A stretch of 64,000 bases of DNA from Xanthobacteraceae bacterium (lineage in GTDB: Bacteria > Pseudomonadota > Alphaproteobacteria > Rhizobiales > Xanthobacteraceae): positions 7,175-71,174 of the forward strand of contig JBAQJL010000069.1 of the NCBI GenBank assembly GCA_049300295.1, read 5' to 3'. The notes under the pieces are model-generated. The model had not been told where the DNA came from. It was given only the letters and a program-made list of their open reading frames with translations, and made no database searches. Below, one piece after another: positions 17,609 to 25,746 of this stretch (within the stretch, counting starts at the first letter, position 1; the number at the start of each line of letters is the position of its first letter). The position numbers and the translations under genes are program-made.

Positions 17609-19519
17609 TCACGATTTGGTTCCTGTCTTCGCTGCCTTCGCCGCATCCCACCACCACACTGTGGGAAAAGCCTCCATGCCGTATTTGGGCATCGGGTCGG
17701 GTCGGCCGAAACGATCCCAGCGGGCAGTGCGCACGTAGGGATATGTCCATTGTGGTACGACATAATGATTCCACAGCAAAACGCGATCGAGCGCCTTGGT
17801 GGCGGCGACCAGATCGGGGCGGCTCTTGGCGAAGACCACCTGATCGATAAGCGCGTCGACCGCCGGATTTTTGATGCCGATCAGATTGAACGAACCCGGC
17901 TCATCGGCTGCCTGAGAACCCCAGTAGCCGCGCTGCTCGTTGCCCGGCGAAAGCGATTCCGGCCAGCCTTGAGTGATGATGTCGAAATCGAAATCGCGCA
18001 GCCGGTTCTCGTATTGGGCGTCGTCGATGGTGCGAACCGTGACCGTGATGCCGAGCCGACTAAGTGCGGGCTTGTAGAACAGGAAGACGCGCTCAAAAGC
18101 CGGATCCTCGGTTAGAAATTCGACGGCGTAAGGTTCGCCGGTCTTGCTGTTGACGAGACGCCCGTCACGAATCTCGTAGCCGGCCTCGTGCAGAAGGCGC
18201 ACGGCCTGACGGAGATTGTCGCGCACCGCGTTCGGATTGCCGCCGGTCGGGTTGGTATAGGGCGTCGTGAAAGCTTCGGGCGGCACCTTATCGCGTACCG
18301 TCTGGAGGATTTCCAGCTCGCGGCCGGTAGGCAGCCCGGTGGCCGCGAGATCGGTGCCCTCGAAATAACTGGCGATACGAGTGTATTGGCCGAAAAAAAT
18401 CTGTTTGTTCATCTCATCGAAGTCGAACGCGTAATTGAACGCGAGCCGTATCCGCGGGTCCTTGAACTTGTCGCGGCGGACGTTGAAGGCGAAAGCCTGC
18501 ATGATGCCGAGGCTGTTCTGGGGAAACTGCTCGAGGATGACGCGCTTCTGGGTGACAGCCGGGAAATCGTAGGCGGTGGCCCAGTTCTTGGCGCTGTTCT
18601 CGACCCGCCAATCGATGGTGTCGGCCTTGAACGCTTCCAGCGCGACCGTGCCGTCGCGAAAATATTCGAAGCGCAGTTCGTCGAAATTGTCGCGGCCGAT
18701 CCGCACATTGAGATCGCGGGCCCAATAATCTTTCACCCGCTCATAAACGACTTCGCGGCCGGGTGAAAAACTCTTGATGCGGTAGGGGCCGCTGCCGAGC
18801 GGCGGCTCGAGCGTCGTGTCGCCGACGCTGCGTTTCTTGCCGTTTTTGTCGGCAGCTTCCCACCACAGCTTCGGCAGAATCGTCAGTTCGCCGACGATCT
18901 GCGGCAGTTCGCGGTTGCCCGGACCGTCGAAACTGAAAGTCAGTTCTCGGTCGCCGCTTTTCTCGACCTTGACGACGTGCCGGTAATAGGCGGCGAGCTG
19001 TGGACTGTATTTTTTCCATGCGCCGAGCGAAAAGATCACGTCGTCGGCGGTGACCGGACTGCCGTCATGCCACTTTGCTTCCCGGCGGAGCCGATACGAA
19101 ACCGAGGAAAAGTCGTCGGGATAGCTCACCGCCTCCGCGACCAGCCCATATCCGCTCGCCACTTCGTCGAGCGAGCTGGCGAGCAGCGTGTCGTAGATCA
19201 GCGTGATTCCCATGGCGACGACGCCTTTGACGCCGGCCACGATCATATTGAAGCTGTCGAAGGTGCCGATGGCGATCTGCCGCGCGGTGCCGGTCTTCGG
19301 GGCATTGGCGTTGACGTAGTCGAACTGCTTGAATCCTGCCGGATATTTCAAGTCGCCGTAGAGCGAAGCGCCGTGCCGCCAAGTCTGATTCGGTATGTGG
19401 TTCGGTGCCGTCGGCTGTGCGGCGGCGTGGGTCACAAAGGCCGGCAGAGGCAGGACGCGCGTGGCAGACGCCAGCGCGGCGGATTTCAGCAATGATCGGC
19501 GATTCAACGGGCGCTCCAC
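17609..19519 (-). CDS. yejA: Extracellular solute-binding protein family 5 (YejA-like), copy 2
   Basis: 636 aa and clearly paralogous to copy 1. Compare YVNANAPKTGTA with YVNPNAPKGGTF, and PLGSGPYRIKSF with PLGSGAYKVGRF. Both share the WWWDAAKAAK-type end. Confidence 0.85.
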   Translation of the reverse strand: MERPLNRRSLLKSAALASATRVLPLPAFVTHAAAQPTAPNHIPNQTWRHGASLYGDLKYPAGFKQFDYVNANAPKTGTARQIAIGTFDSFNMIVAGVKGVVAMGITLIYDTLLASSLDEVASGYGLVAEAVSYPDDFSSVSYRLRREAKWHDGSPVTADDVIFSLGAWKKYSPQLAAYYRHVVKVEKSGDRELTFSFDGPGNRELPQIVGELTILPKLWWEAADKNGKKRSVGDTTLEPPLGSGPYRIKSFSPGREVVYERVKDYWARDLNVRIGRDNFDELRFEYFRDGTVALEAFKADTIDWRVENSAKNWATAYDFPAVTQKRVILEQFPQNSLGIMQAFAFNVRRDKFKDPRIRLAFNYAFDFDEMNKQIFFGQYTRIASYFEGTDLAATGLPTGRELEILQTVRDKVPPEAFTTPYTNPTGGNPNAVRDNLRQAVRLLHEAGYEIRDGRLVNSKTGEPYAVEFLTEDPAFERVFLFYKPALSRLGITVTVRTIDDAQYENRLRDFDFDIITQGWPESLSPGNEQRGYWGSQAADEPGSFNLIGIKNPAVDALIDQVVFAKSRPDLVAATKALDRVLLWNHYVVPQWTYPYVRTARWDRFGRPDPMPKYGMEAFPTVWWWDAAKAAKTGTKS

Positions 19520-19683
19520 GGCAGTTCATCAGCCGGGCGCCGCCGCGGAAGCGGCGCTGTGGCCGAGCCGCTCATTATGTGGTTTTCGATTGCGGCGCCA
19601 GCACGCCGGCACTTCGCGCGACGAAATGCGCTTCACAACCGCGTGCGGAGCGGATCAATCGTCGAGCCAGGAAAAGCGAGCGG

Positions 19684-20394
19684 CTACTTCGCCGGGGTTG
19701 CTGGCGCCGGTGCTGTTGGCGCCGGTGCTGTTGGCGCAGTGGCAGCGGGCCCGGCCGGTGCGGGCGCAGTGGGTGCCGCGGCGGCGGGTGCCGGCGGTTT
19801 CGCACCAGCCGAAGCGCTCGCTGGGGCGCCGCCGGCGGGCTTGGCTTCAGCGGCCTTGGGCAGCGGCAGCGGCTTATCGGAGTTCGAGTTGAGGTAAGCG
19901 ATCACGTCGGCGCGCTGATGCGCATTCGAGATACCCGCGAACGTCATGAGCGTGCCCGGCACGTCGGCGCGCGGATTGGTCAGCCACTTATTGAGCGCAT
20001 CGAAGGTCCAGGTGCCGCCCTTGGCTTTGAGCGGTGCGGAATAGCCGAAGCCTGCTTCCGTTGCCACCGGCCGCCCGACCACGCCGTAGAGATCGGGGCC
20101 GATCTTGGCGCCCTGGCCCTTGCCGAGATTGTGGCACAGCTCGCATTCCTTCGCGGTCTCCTGGCCATTCTTGGTGTTCGCGCTGACAAGAAGCGTCTCG
20201 ATCGGTTGCTCGGCCGGCGCCGCCGCGCCGCCACTCGGCTTCGCGGTGCCTTCCTGCTTGACCTCGATGACATAGCCGGGCTTGGCCGGCACGGGCGTCG
20301 CGAAGATGGCGCCCGTGGCGAGGTGAACGGCAAGCAGCACCATGCAGGTTCCGAGCAGGGCGCCGAGAACCTTATTGAGTTCGAACGAATCCAT
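19684..20394 (-). CDS. cycM: Membrane-anchored c-type cytochrome (CycM-like) with an Ala/Pro-rich C-terminal tail
   Basis: ORF 19684..20550 trimmed to ATG 20394 (MDSFELNKVLGALLGTCMVLLAV = N-terminal anchor). It has the heme motif CELCH and a Met ligand region (GTLMTFAG). The last 60 or so residues are an A/P/T low-complexity stretch. Confidence 0.8.
   Translation of the reverse strand: MDSFELNKVLGALLGTCMVLLAVHLATGAIFATPVPAKPGYVIEVKQEGTAKPSGGAAAPAEQPIETLLVSANTKNGQETAKECELCHNLGKGQGAKIGPDLYGVVGRPVATEAGFGYSAPLKAKGGTWTFDALNKWLTNPRADVPGTLMTFAGISNAHQRADVIAYLNSNSDKPLPLPKAAEAKPAGGAPASASAGAKPPAPAAAAPTAPAPAGPAATAPTAPAPTAPAPATPAK
19703..19737. repeat. 15-nt tandem repeat (2.3 copies) inside the cytochrome c tail
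   Basis: The unit ggcgccggtgctgtt appears twice, followed by ggcgc. On the coding strand it encodes the reiterated TAPAP units. Confidence 0.8.
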
Positions 20395-20491
20395 TGCCGA
20401 GAGGCTCCGAGGGGGCAGGAAGTGTGCGCACAGATAGCCGGTTTGCCGCGCGCCTTGCAACCCGTATAAGTACCTTCGGCTGGCGCAGCGA

Positions 20492-21229
20492 ATGCCTGAT
20501 GTCCTGATTTTAATTCCGGCCCGCATGGCCTCGACCCGGCTGCCCGGCAAGCCGCTTGCCGATATCGCCGGCGAGCCGATGATCGTGCACGTCTGGCGAC
20601 GCGCGCTGGAGGCGAATGTCGGCCCGGTGTGGGTCGCTACCGATTCGCCCGCGGTCGCCGCGGCGGTGGAAAAGGCCGGCGGCCGTGCGACGATAACCCG
20701 CGGCGATCACGCTTCGGGAACCGATCGCATCCATGAAGCGCTGCGCGAGGCCGACCCGGCGCGGCGCGCGGATATTGTCGTCAACGTGCAGGGCGACCTG
20801 CCGACGCTCAAGCCCGCCGATCTTGCGGCGGCGGCCGCGTTGTTGTCCGACCGCTCGGTCGATATCGCCACGCTGGCTGCCGAGATCGTCAAAGCGCACG
20901 AGCGCGGCGATCCGAACGTGGTCAAGGTGGTTGGTACTCCAGTAGGTCCGGACCGGCTGCGCGCGCTCTATTTCACGCGCGCGAGCGCGCCGGCCGGCGA
21001 GGGGCCGCTCTATCATCACATCGGCCTCTATGCCTTCCGCCGCGCCGCGCTGGAGCGGTTTGTCGCGCTGCCGCCCTCGCCGCTGGAGCGGCGCGAGCGC
21101 CTCGAGCAGCTGCGGGCGCTCGAAGCCGGCATGCGCATCGATGCGGCGATCGTCGCCAGCGTGCCGCTGGGTGTCGACACGCCGGCGGATTTGGAAACGG
21201 CGCGGGCCGTGCTAACGAATCGAGCATGA
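20492..21229 (+). CDS. kdsB: 3-deoxy-manno-octulosonate cytidylyltransferase (CMP-KDO synthetase)
   Basis: 245 aa. It has [27 protein letters not shown] and the family-typical length. Confidence 0.9.
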   Translation: MPDVLILIPARMASTRLPGKPLADIAGEPMIVHVWRRALEANVGPVWVATDSPAVAAAVEKAGGRATITRGDHASGTDRIHEALREADPARRADIVVNVQGDLPTLKPADLAAAAALLSDRSVDIATLAAEIVKAHERGDPNVVKVVGTPVGPDRLRALYFTRASAPAGEGPLYHHIGLYAFRRAALERFVALPPSPLERRERLEQLRALEAGMRIDAAIVASVPLGVDTPADLETARAVLTNRA

Positions 21230-22077
21230 AGAAGTCGCGCAAAATCGCGTTCCAGGGTGAGCCGGGCGCCAACTCGCACATCGCCTGCATGGAGGCCTAT
21301 CCGGGCCACGAGCCGTTGCCTTGTCCGACATTCGAGGATGCGTTCGCGGCGGTGCGTACCGGCCGGGCGGTGCTGGCGATGATCCCAATCGACAATTCAG
21401 TCGCCGGCCGGGTGGCGGATATTCATCACCTGATGCCGCGATCGGGGCTGCATGTCGTCGCCGAATGGTTTCTGCCGGTGCAGCATCAATTGATGGCGAC
21501 ACGAGGCGCCAGTCTCAAGACAATCAAGACGGTCGAGAGCCACGTGCACGCGCTCGGTCAGTGCCGCAACATCATCCGCAAGCTCGGCATCAAGGCTGTA
21601 GTCGCGGCCGACACGGCCGGCGCGGCGCGCGAAGTAGCGGAGGCGGGCGACACCACGCGCGCGGCGTTGGCGACCGCGCTGGCGGCGAAAATCTACGGGC
21701 TGCGCATCCTGAAAAGAGATGTGGCGGACGCCAAACACAACACCACGCGCTTTGTCGTGCTGTCGCGCAAGCCGAAATGGGCGAAACGCGGCAAGCCGGT
21801 GGTGACCACGTTCCTGTTCGAGGTGCGCAACATCCCGGCCGCGCTCTACAAGGCGCTCGGCGGCTTCGCCAGCAACAGCATCAACATGACCAAGCTCGAA
21901 AGCTACATGGTCAACGGTGTGTTTGCGGCGACGCAGTTCTATGCCGATGTCGAAGGGCATCCCGACGAGCGTCCGCTGGCGCTGGCGTTGGAAGAATTGG
22001 AATTCTTCTCGCGCCCAAAGAGCCTGAAGATTCTTGGCGTCTATCCGGCGCATCCGTTTCGTGCGACGTTCAAATAG
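21226..22077 (+). CDS. pheA: Prephenate dehydratase
   Basis: 283 aa. It has [12 protein letters not shown], the TRF motif (NTTRFVVL) and a C-terminal ACT-like domain. Its ATG overlaps the kdsB stop (ATGA). Confidence 0.9.
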   Translation: MKKSRKIAFQGEPGANSHIACMEAYPGHEPLPCPTFEDAFAAVRTGRAVLAMIPIDNSVAGRVADIHHLMPRSGLHVVAEWFLPVQHQLMATRGASLKTIKTVESHVHALGQCRNIIRKLGIKAVVAADTAGAAREVAEAGDTTRAALATALAAKIYGLRILKRDVADAKHNTTRFVVLSRKPKWAKRGKPVVTTFLFEVRNIPAALYKALGGFASNSINMTKLESYMVNGVFAATQFYADVEGHPDERPLALALEELEFFSRPKSLKILGVYPAHPFRATFK

Positions 22078-22139
22078 AATGCGATCCCGGAAAGCGGCGC
22101 CGGATAGGTAAGCTTCATCTGCAAACAAGGATCCTGGCA

Positions 22140-22457
22140 ATGGCCAATGACGGTGCGAAGGTCAAGCGGACGCTGCAGCTGCGATTCACGCTTCCCGCCA
22201 CCGATTCGGGGCAACTCGCCGCCATGATCAAGGCCGCCGCGCCGTTCTATCAGGTGTTCGGCAACGCACAGGTGAGGCTCTTGCAGAACGTCGACGATCC
22301 CGCCAAATTCGTGCAGGAGATCGAATACGAGGCTCAGGAAGGCTGGGAGTTGAACCGGCAGCGAATTGCCAGTGACGTGCGCATGCAAACCTATTTGCAG
22401 GCATGGCGAGCAATGCTGCCCGGAGCGCCGGAGATCGACGTGTACCAGGAAGTGTAA
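22140..22457 (+). CDS. Small hypothetical protein (105 aa), possibly Dabb/ABM-like fold
   Basis: This is the last 105 codons of track ORF 21321..22457, whose upstream part is an out-of-frame read through pheA. It starts at ATG 22140, shows high GC3 and has a balanced composition (MANDGAKVKRTLQLRFTLP...). Confidence 0.5.
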   Translation: MANDGAKVKRTLQLRFTLPATDSGQLAAMIKAAAPFYQVFGNAQVRLLQNVDDPAKFVQEIEYEAQEGWELNRQRIASDVRMQTYLQAWRAMLPGAPEIDVYQEV

Positions 22458-22486
22458 GACGGACTACTCAAACGAAGGGGAGCGAC

Positions 22487-23263
22487 ATGCGACACTGGAC
22501 TGTTACTGCCGCGGCAATCACTTTACTGGCGACGGCCGCCGCCGCATCGGCCGATGAGATAAAGCAGGTGCCTTATCCGGAAGTGAAGGTGCAGGTGCCG
22601 GAACTCTTCAAACCCGACGCGGGTTTCCTGAGGATGCAGAAGACGCTGTACGATGCTATCGAAAAGAAGAACACGCAGGCGGTGTCTTTCCTCGTGGGCC
22701 CGAATTTCGTGTGGACCCAAGACGGCGCGATCTCCGGCCAGTTCGAATACGGCGGTGACGCGTTGCAGAACTTCAAGGTGGCGTTCGGGTTCCGCGCGGC
22801 GGGCAAGCATGCCGACGGCGGCGTCAAGGACGGGCCATACTGGGAATCGCTGTATGACTTCGCCGACAATAAAGATTTCCAGAAGGTGAATGACACACTC
22901 GTGTGCGGCCCGGTGGCGGCGACCGTCGTCGATTACGACGTATTCGATCAAGCCAACCAGAAGCTCGGCGGCGGCGATTCGATCGAGTGGTACTTCACGC
23001 TCGGCGACATGGCTGTGACCGTAAATCCCAAGGGTGGAGCGGTCGTTGGCCAGGTCGGCAAGATAGCGATGCCCGTGCTCGACCACTTTCCGCAGTCGAA
23101 TGACGACTCTGCGGTGCCGACGAATTACAAAGTGTTGTTGCCGTCAGGCAAGGCCGGGTGGATCCCGGCTATGATCACGCGGCCGCTGAGGCCCGAGCGG
23201 CTCTGCTACGCAATGATGGCTGACGGCAATTGGAAGATCGTCGCGTACCAACAGCCGGAATAA
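22487..23263 (+). CDS. Secreted hypothetical protein (258 aa)
   Basis: ORF 22403..23263 trimmed to ATG 22487 (AAGGGGA upstream). Signal peptide MRHWTVTAAAITLLATAAAASA. I recognise no family. Confidence 0.55.
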   Translation: MRHWTVTAAAITLLATAAAASADEIKQVPYPEVKVQVPELFKPDAGFLRMQKTLYDAIEKKNTQAVSFLVGPNFVWTQDGAISGQFEYGGDALQNFKVAFGFRAAGKHADGGVKDGPYWESLYDFADNKDFQKVNDTLVCGPVAATVVDYDVFDQANQKLGGGDSIEWYFTLGDMAVTVNPKGGAVVGQVGKIAMPVLDHFPQSNDDSAVPTNYKVLLPSGKAGWIPAMITRPLRPERLCYAMMADGNWKIVAYQQPE

Positions 23264-23274
23264 CGAATGCGCTC

Positions 23275-23312
23275 GGCGGCGCAAATCGACGGTTCAAGTC
23301 GACTGCGCCGCC
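23275..23312. terminator. Hairpin between convergent genes (candidate terminator)
   Basis: ggcggcgca ... tgcgccgcc forms a 9-bp stem with a 20-nt loop. It lies in the 72-nt gap between the secreted hypothetical gene and the phosphomannomutase gene. There is no U-tract. Confidence 0.3.
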
Positions 23313-23335
23313 GATCGAAACCAGCGCGCTGACGG

Positions 23336-24835
23336 TCAGATCGTCTGGTTATATTCGCCGACGTCCTTGTGGGTGCGCAGCACGGCGTCGACCGATTTGA
23401 ACATATCGCGCATGCGCGCCTCCGAGACCGGGCTTTCGACGACGACAACAAGTTCCGGTTTGTTGGAGGAGGCGCGCACCAGCCCCCAGGTGCCGTCCTC
23501 GACCGTGACTCGCACGCCGTTGACGGTGACGAGATCGCGAATTGGCTGGCCCGCGACCTTGCCGCCTTTGCTCTTTTCCGCTTCGAAATGCTTCACCACC
23601 TCGTCGACCACAGAATACTTGATCTCATCCGGACAATGCGGCGACATGGTCGGCGACGACCAGGTTTTCGGCAGCGCGTTCTTTAAATCCGCCATGCTCT
23701 TTCCCGGATTGCGATCGAGCATGTCGCAGACCGCCGAAGCAAAAATCAGGCCGTCGTCGTAGCCGCGGCCGAACGGCTTGTTGAAGAAGAAGTGTCCGGA
23801 TTTTTCGAAACCGGCGATAGCGCCGATCTCATTGACGCGGCGCTTCATGTAGGAGTGGCCGGTCTTCCAATAATCCGTCTTGGCGCCATTTTTGATGAGC
23901 ACCGGGTCGGTCATGAACAGGCCCGTCGACTTCACGTCGGCGACGAATATCGCGCCCTTATGATTGGCGGAAATATCCCGCGCCAGCATGACGCCGACCT
24001 TGTCGGCGAAAATCTCCTCGCCTTCGTTGTCGACCACGCCACAGCGGTCGCCGTCGCCGTCAAAGCCGAGCGCGACGTCGGCCTTGTGCGCGAGCACCGC
24101 GTCGCGCATGGCGTGCAGCATCTTCATGTCTTCGGTGTTGGGATTATAATTCGGAAAAGTGTGATCGAGCTCGCAGTCGAGCGGTATGACCTCGCAGCCG
24201 AGCTTTTCCAGCACCCGGGGCGCGAACGCGCCGGCAGTGCCGTTGCCGCAGGCGCAGACCACTTTGAGGTGACGCTTGAACTTCGGCCGGTCAGTCAGAT
24301 CGGCGATGTATTTTTCAGGAAAGTTCTCGACGAATGCATAAGCGCCGCCCGCCCTCATCTTGAATCGCCCGTTGAGCACAATGTCCTTGAGCCGCGTCAT
24401 CTCGTCAGGGCCGAAGGTGAGCGGCCGGTTAGCGCCCATTTTCACCCCGGTCCAGCCGTTGTCGTTATGCGACGCGGTGACCATGGCGACGCACGGCACG
24501 TCGAGCGCAAATTGCGCGAAATAGGCCATCGGCGTCACCGCGAGGCCGATGTCCTGCACCTCGCAGCCGGAAGCAATAAGCCCGTTCACCAGCGCCATCT
24601 TGATCGACGCGGAGTACGAGCGGAAATCGTGCCCGGTGACGAATCGCGGTTTGACGCCGAGTTCATGGATCAAGGTGCCGAGCCCGATCCCGAGCGCCTC
24701 GACGCCCATCAGGTTGATTTCGCTGCCGAACAGCCAGCGCGCGTCGTACTCGCGAAAGCCAGTGGCTTTGACCATCGGCTCGGATTCATAGGCGTAGGTG
24801 TTGGGCTTGAGCGAAGGCTTTGGTTTGGGAAACAT
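23336..24835 (-). CDS. Phosphomannomutase / phosphoglucomutase (alpha-D-phosphohexomutase)
   Basis: 499 aa. It has the active-site loop TASHNDNGWTGVK, the metal loop GFDGDGDRCG and the sugar loop GFEKSGH. Confidence 0.9.
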   Translation of the reverse strand: MFPKPKPSLKPNTYAYESEPMVKATGFREYDARWLFGSEINLMGVEALGIGLGTLIHELGVKPRFVTGHDFRSYSASIKMALVNGLIASGCEVQDIGLAVTPMAYFAQFALDVPCVAMVTASHNDNGWTGVKMGANRPLTFGPDEMTRLKDIVLNGRFKMRAGGAYAFVENFPEKYIADLTDRPKFKRHLKVVCACGNGTAGAFAPRVLEKLGCEVIPLDCELDHTFPNYNPNTEDMKMLHAMRDAVLAHKADVALGFDGDGDRCGVVDNEGEEIFADKVGVMLARDISANHKGAIFVADVKSTGLFMTDPVLIKNGAKTDYWKTGHSYMKRRVNEIGAIAGFEKSGHFFFNKPFGRGYDDGLIFASAVCDMLDRNPGKSMADLKNALPKTWSSPTMSPHCPDEIKYSVVDEVVKHFEAEKSKGGKVAGQPIRDLVTVNGVRVTVEDGTWGLVRASSNKPELVVVVESPVSEARMRDMFKSVDAVLRTHKDVGEYNQTI

Positions 24836-24906
24836 CTCGGTGCAATCGGTGGGAGCTACCGTACAGCAATAGCGTAAACGGCGAAAAACCGAAATGGTTG
24901 CGTGGC

Positions 24907-24954
24907 CGTCATTCCGGGACGCGGGCGGAGCCCGCGGGCCCGGAATCCATAATC
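24907..24954 (+). repeat. REP family A copy (CGTCATTCCGG-hairpin-CCGGAATCCATAA)
   Basis: The sequence is cgtcattccgggacgcgggcggagcccgcgggcccggaatccataatc. TTCCGG/CCGGAA arms enclose a GC hairpin. Confidence 0.8.
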
Positions 24955-25001
24955 ACAGACGTTCGCAGTTTGACGGCTGAGACAGTAACTGCACTGATGA
25001 T

Positions 25002-25047
25002 GGCTATGGATTCCGGGCTCCTCGCTGCGCTCGGCCCCGGAATGACG
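25002..25047 (-). repeat. REP family A copy, inverted relative to 24907..24954
   Basis: The reverse complement reads cgtcattccggggccgagcgcagcgaggagcccggaatccatagcc. It forms a tail-to-tail pair (GTCAT ends outermost) with the previous copy, about 47 nt apart, and ends 3 nt before the protease gene stop. Confidence 0.8.
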
Positions 25048-25050
25048 GCG

Positions 25051-25563
25051 TCATTGTTCCAGCATCATCTTGCCATCGCTGAATTCGAAGTGACGCAGCC
25101 GCGACAGAAACGACAGCCCGAGCAGGTTGTCGCTCAACGCGCCGTTCGGCATCACCACGGCGGCGACGTCATGCACCATGATGTCGCCGACTTCGATCAT
25201 GTCGAGAGTGGTCGGTGCGGCGCGCACGGTGCCGTTCGCGGTGCTGATCAGCATCGTATATTCGGTGGCGGCCGGATGGATGCCGAGTTGCGCCGCGTCG
25301 TCGGCAGTCAGCGCAACGATCGTGGCGCCGGTGTCGACGGTGAATTGCAGCTCGCGCCCGTCGATGCGGCCGTCGGCACGAAAGCGGCCGAACGTGTCGC
25401 GGGAAACGATGACCGAACTCGGCGCGGCCGGCGTGCGGGTCGGCGCCGCCGCTTGCACCGAGGCGGTCGAAGGCGCTGCCCGGCCTTTCATGTGGTCGGC
25501 ATAGCGGGGAATGATCGCTCCGGCGACAACCGCAACCGCTGCAAACGTGATGACGAAACGCAT
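25051..25563 (-). CDS. Retropepsin-like (clan AA) aspartic protease, membrane-anchored
   Basis: ORF 25051..25605 trimmed to ATG 25563 (MRFVITFAAVAVVAGAII anchor). It has the catalytic VDTGATIVAL motif and a C-terminal LLGLSFL. Confidence 0.75.
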   Translation of the reverse strand: MRFVITFAAVAVVAGAIIPRYADHMKGRAAPSTASVQAAAPTRTPAAPSSVIVSRDTFGRFRADGRIDGRELQFTVDTGATIVALTADDAAQLGIHPAATEYTMLISTANGTVRAAPTTLDMIEVGDIMVHDVAAVVMPNGALSDNLLGLSFLSRLRHFEFSDGKMMLEQ

Positions 25564-25695
25564 GGTGCAAATCCTGGCGCGAACGGTGCCGCGGCATCTG
25601 AGCACCGCGGGGCGAAAGAAGCCGCTAAACCGTCGTTATGGCAGCCGGGATTTGCATGCGCTCGGTAAGCGGCGCGGTAAAACCTTTGTTCAAAT

Positions 25696-25746
25696 TTTAT
25701 GAATTGCGAGACTTTATGAATTGCGAGGCTTTATGAATTGCGAGGT
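25696..25746. repeat. 17-nt direct tandem repeat x3 at the 3' end of hrpB
   Basis: The three units are tttatgaattgcgagac, tttatgaattgcgaggc and tttatgaattgcgaggt. The third copy carries the last hrpB codons and the stop (..PRNS*, TAA = 25731..25733 on the minus strand). Confidence 0.9.

Noticed and set aside
21321-22139. The upstream 270 or so codons of track ORF 21321..22457.
   Set aside because: This is an out-of-frame read through pheA with an Arg/Gly-rich translation. Only the last 105 codons, from ATG 22140, lie in intergenic space and look coding.
24820-25668. A 282-aa plus-strand ORF.
   Set aside because: It runs through two REP-A copies and is antisense to the aspartic-protease gene. 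Its translation contains REP-derived low-complexity sequence.
25696-25746. Possible CRISPR-like array, since the region contains direct repeats.
   Set aside because: The three 17-nt units are contiguous with no spacers. They are far shorter than CRISPR repeats, and no cas genes occur in the window.
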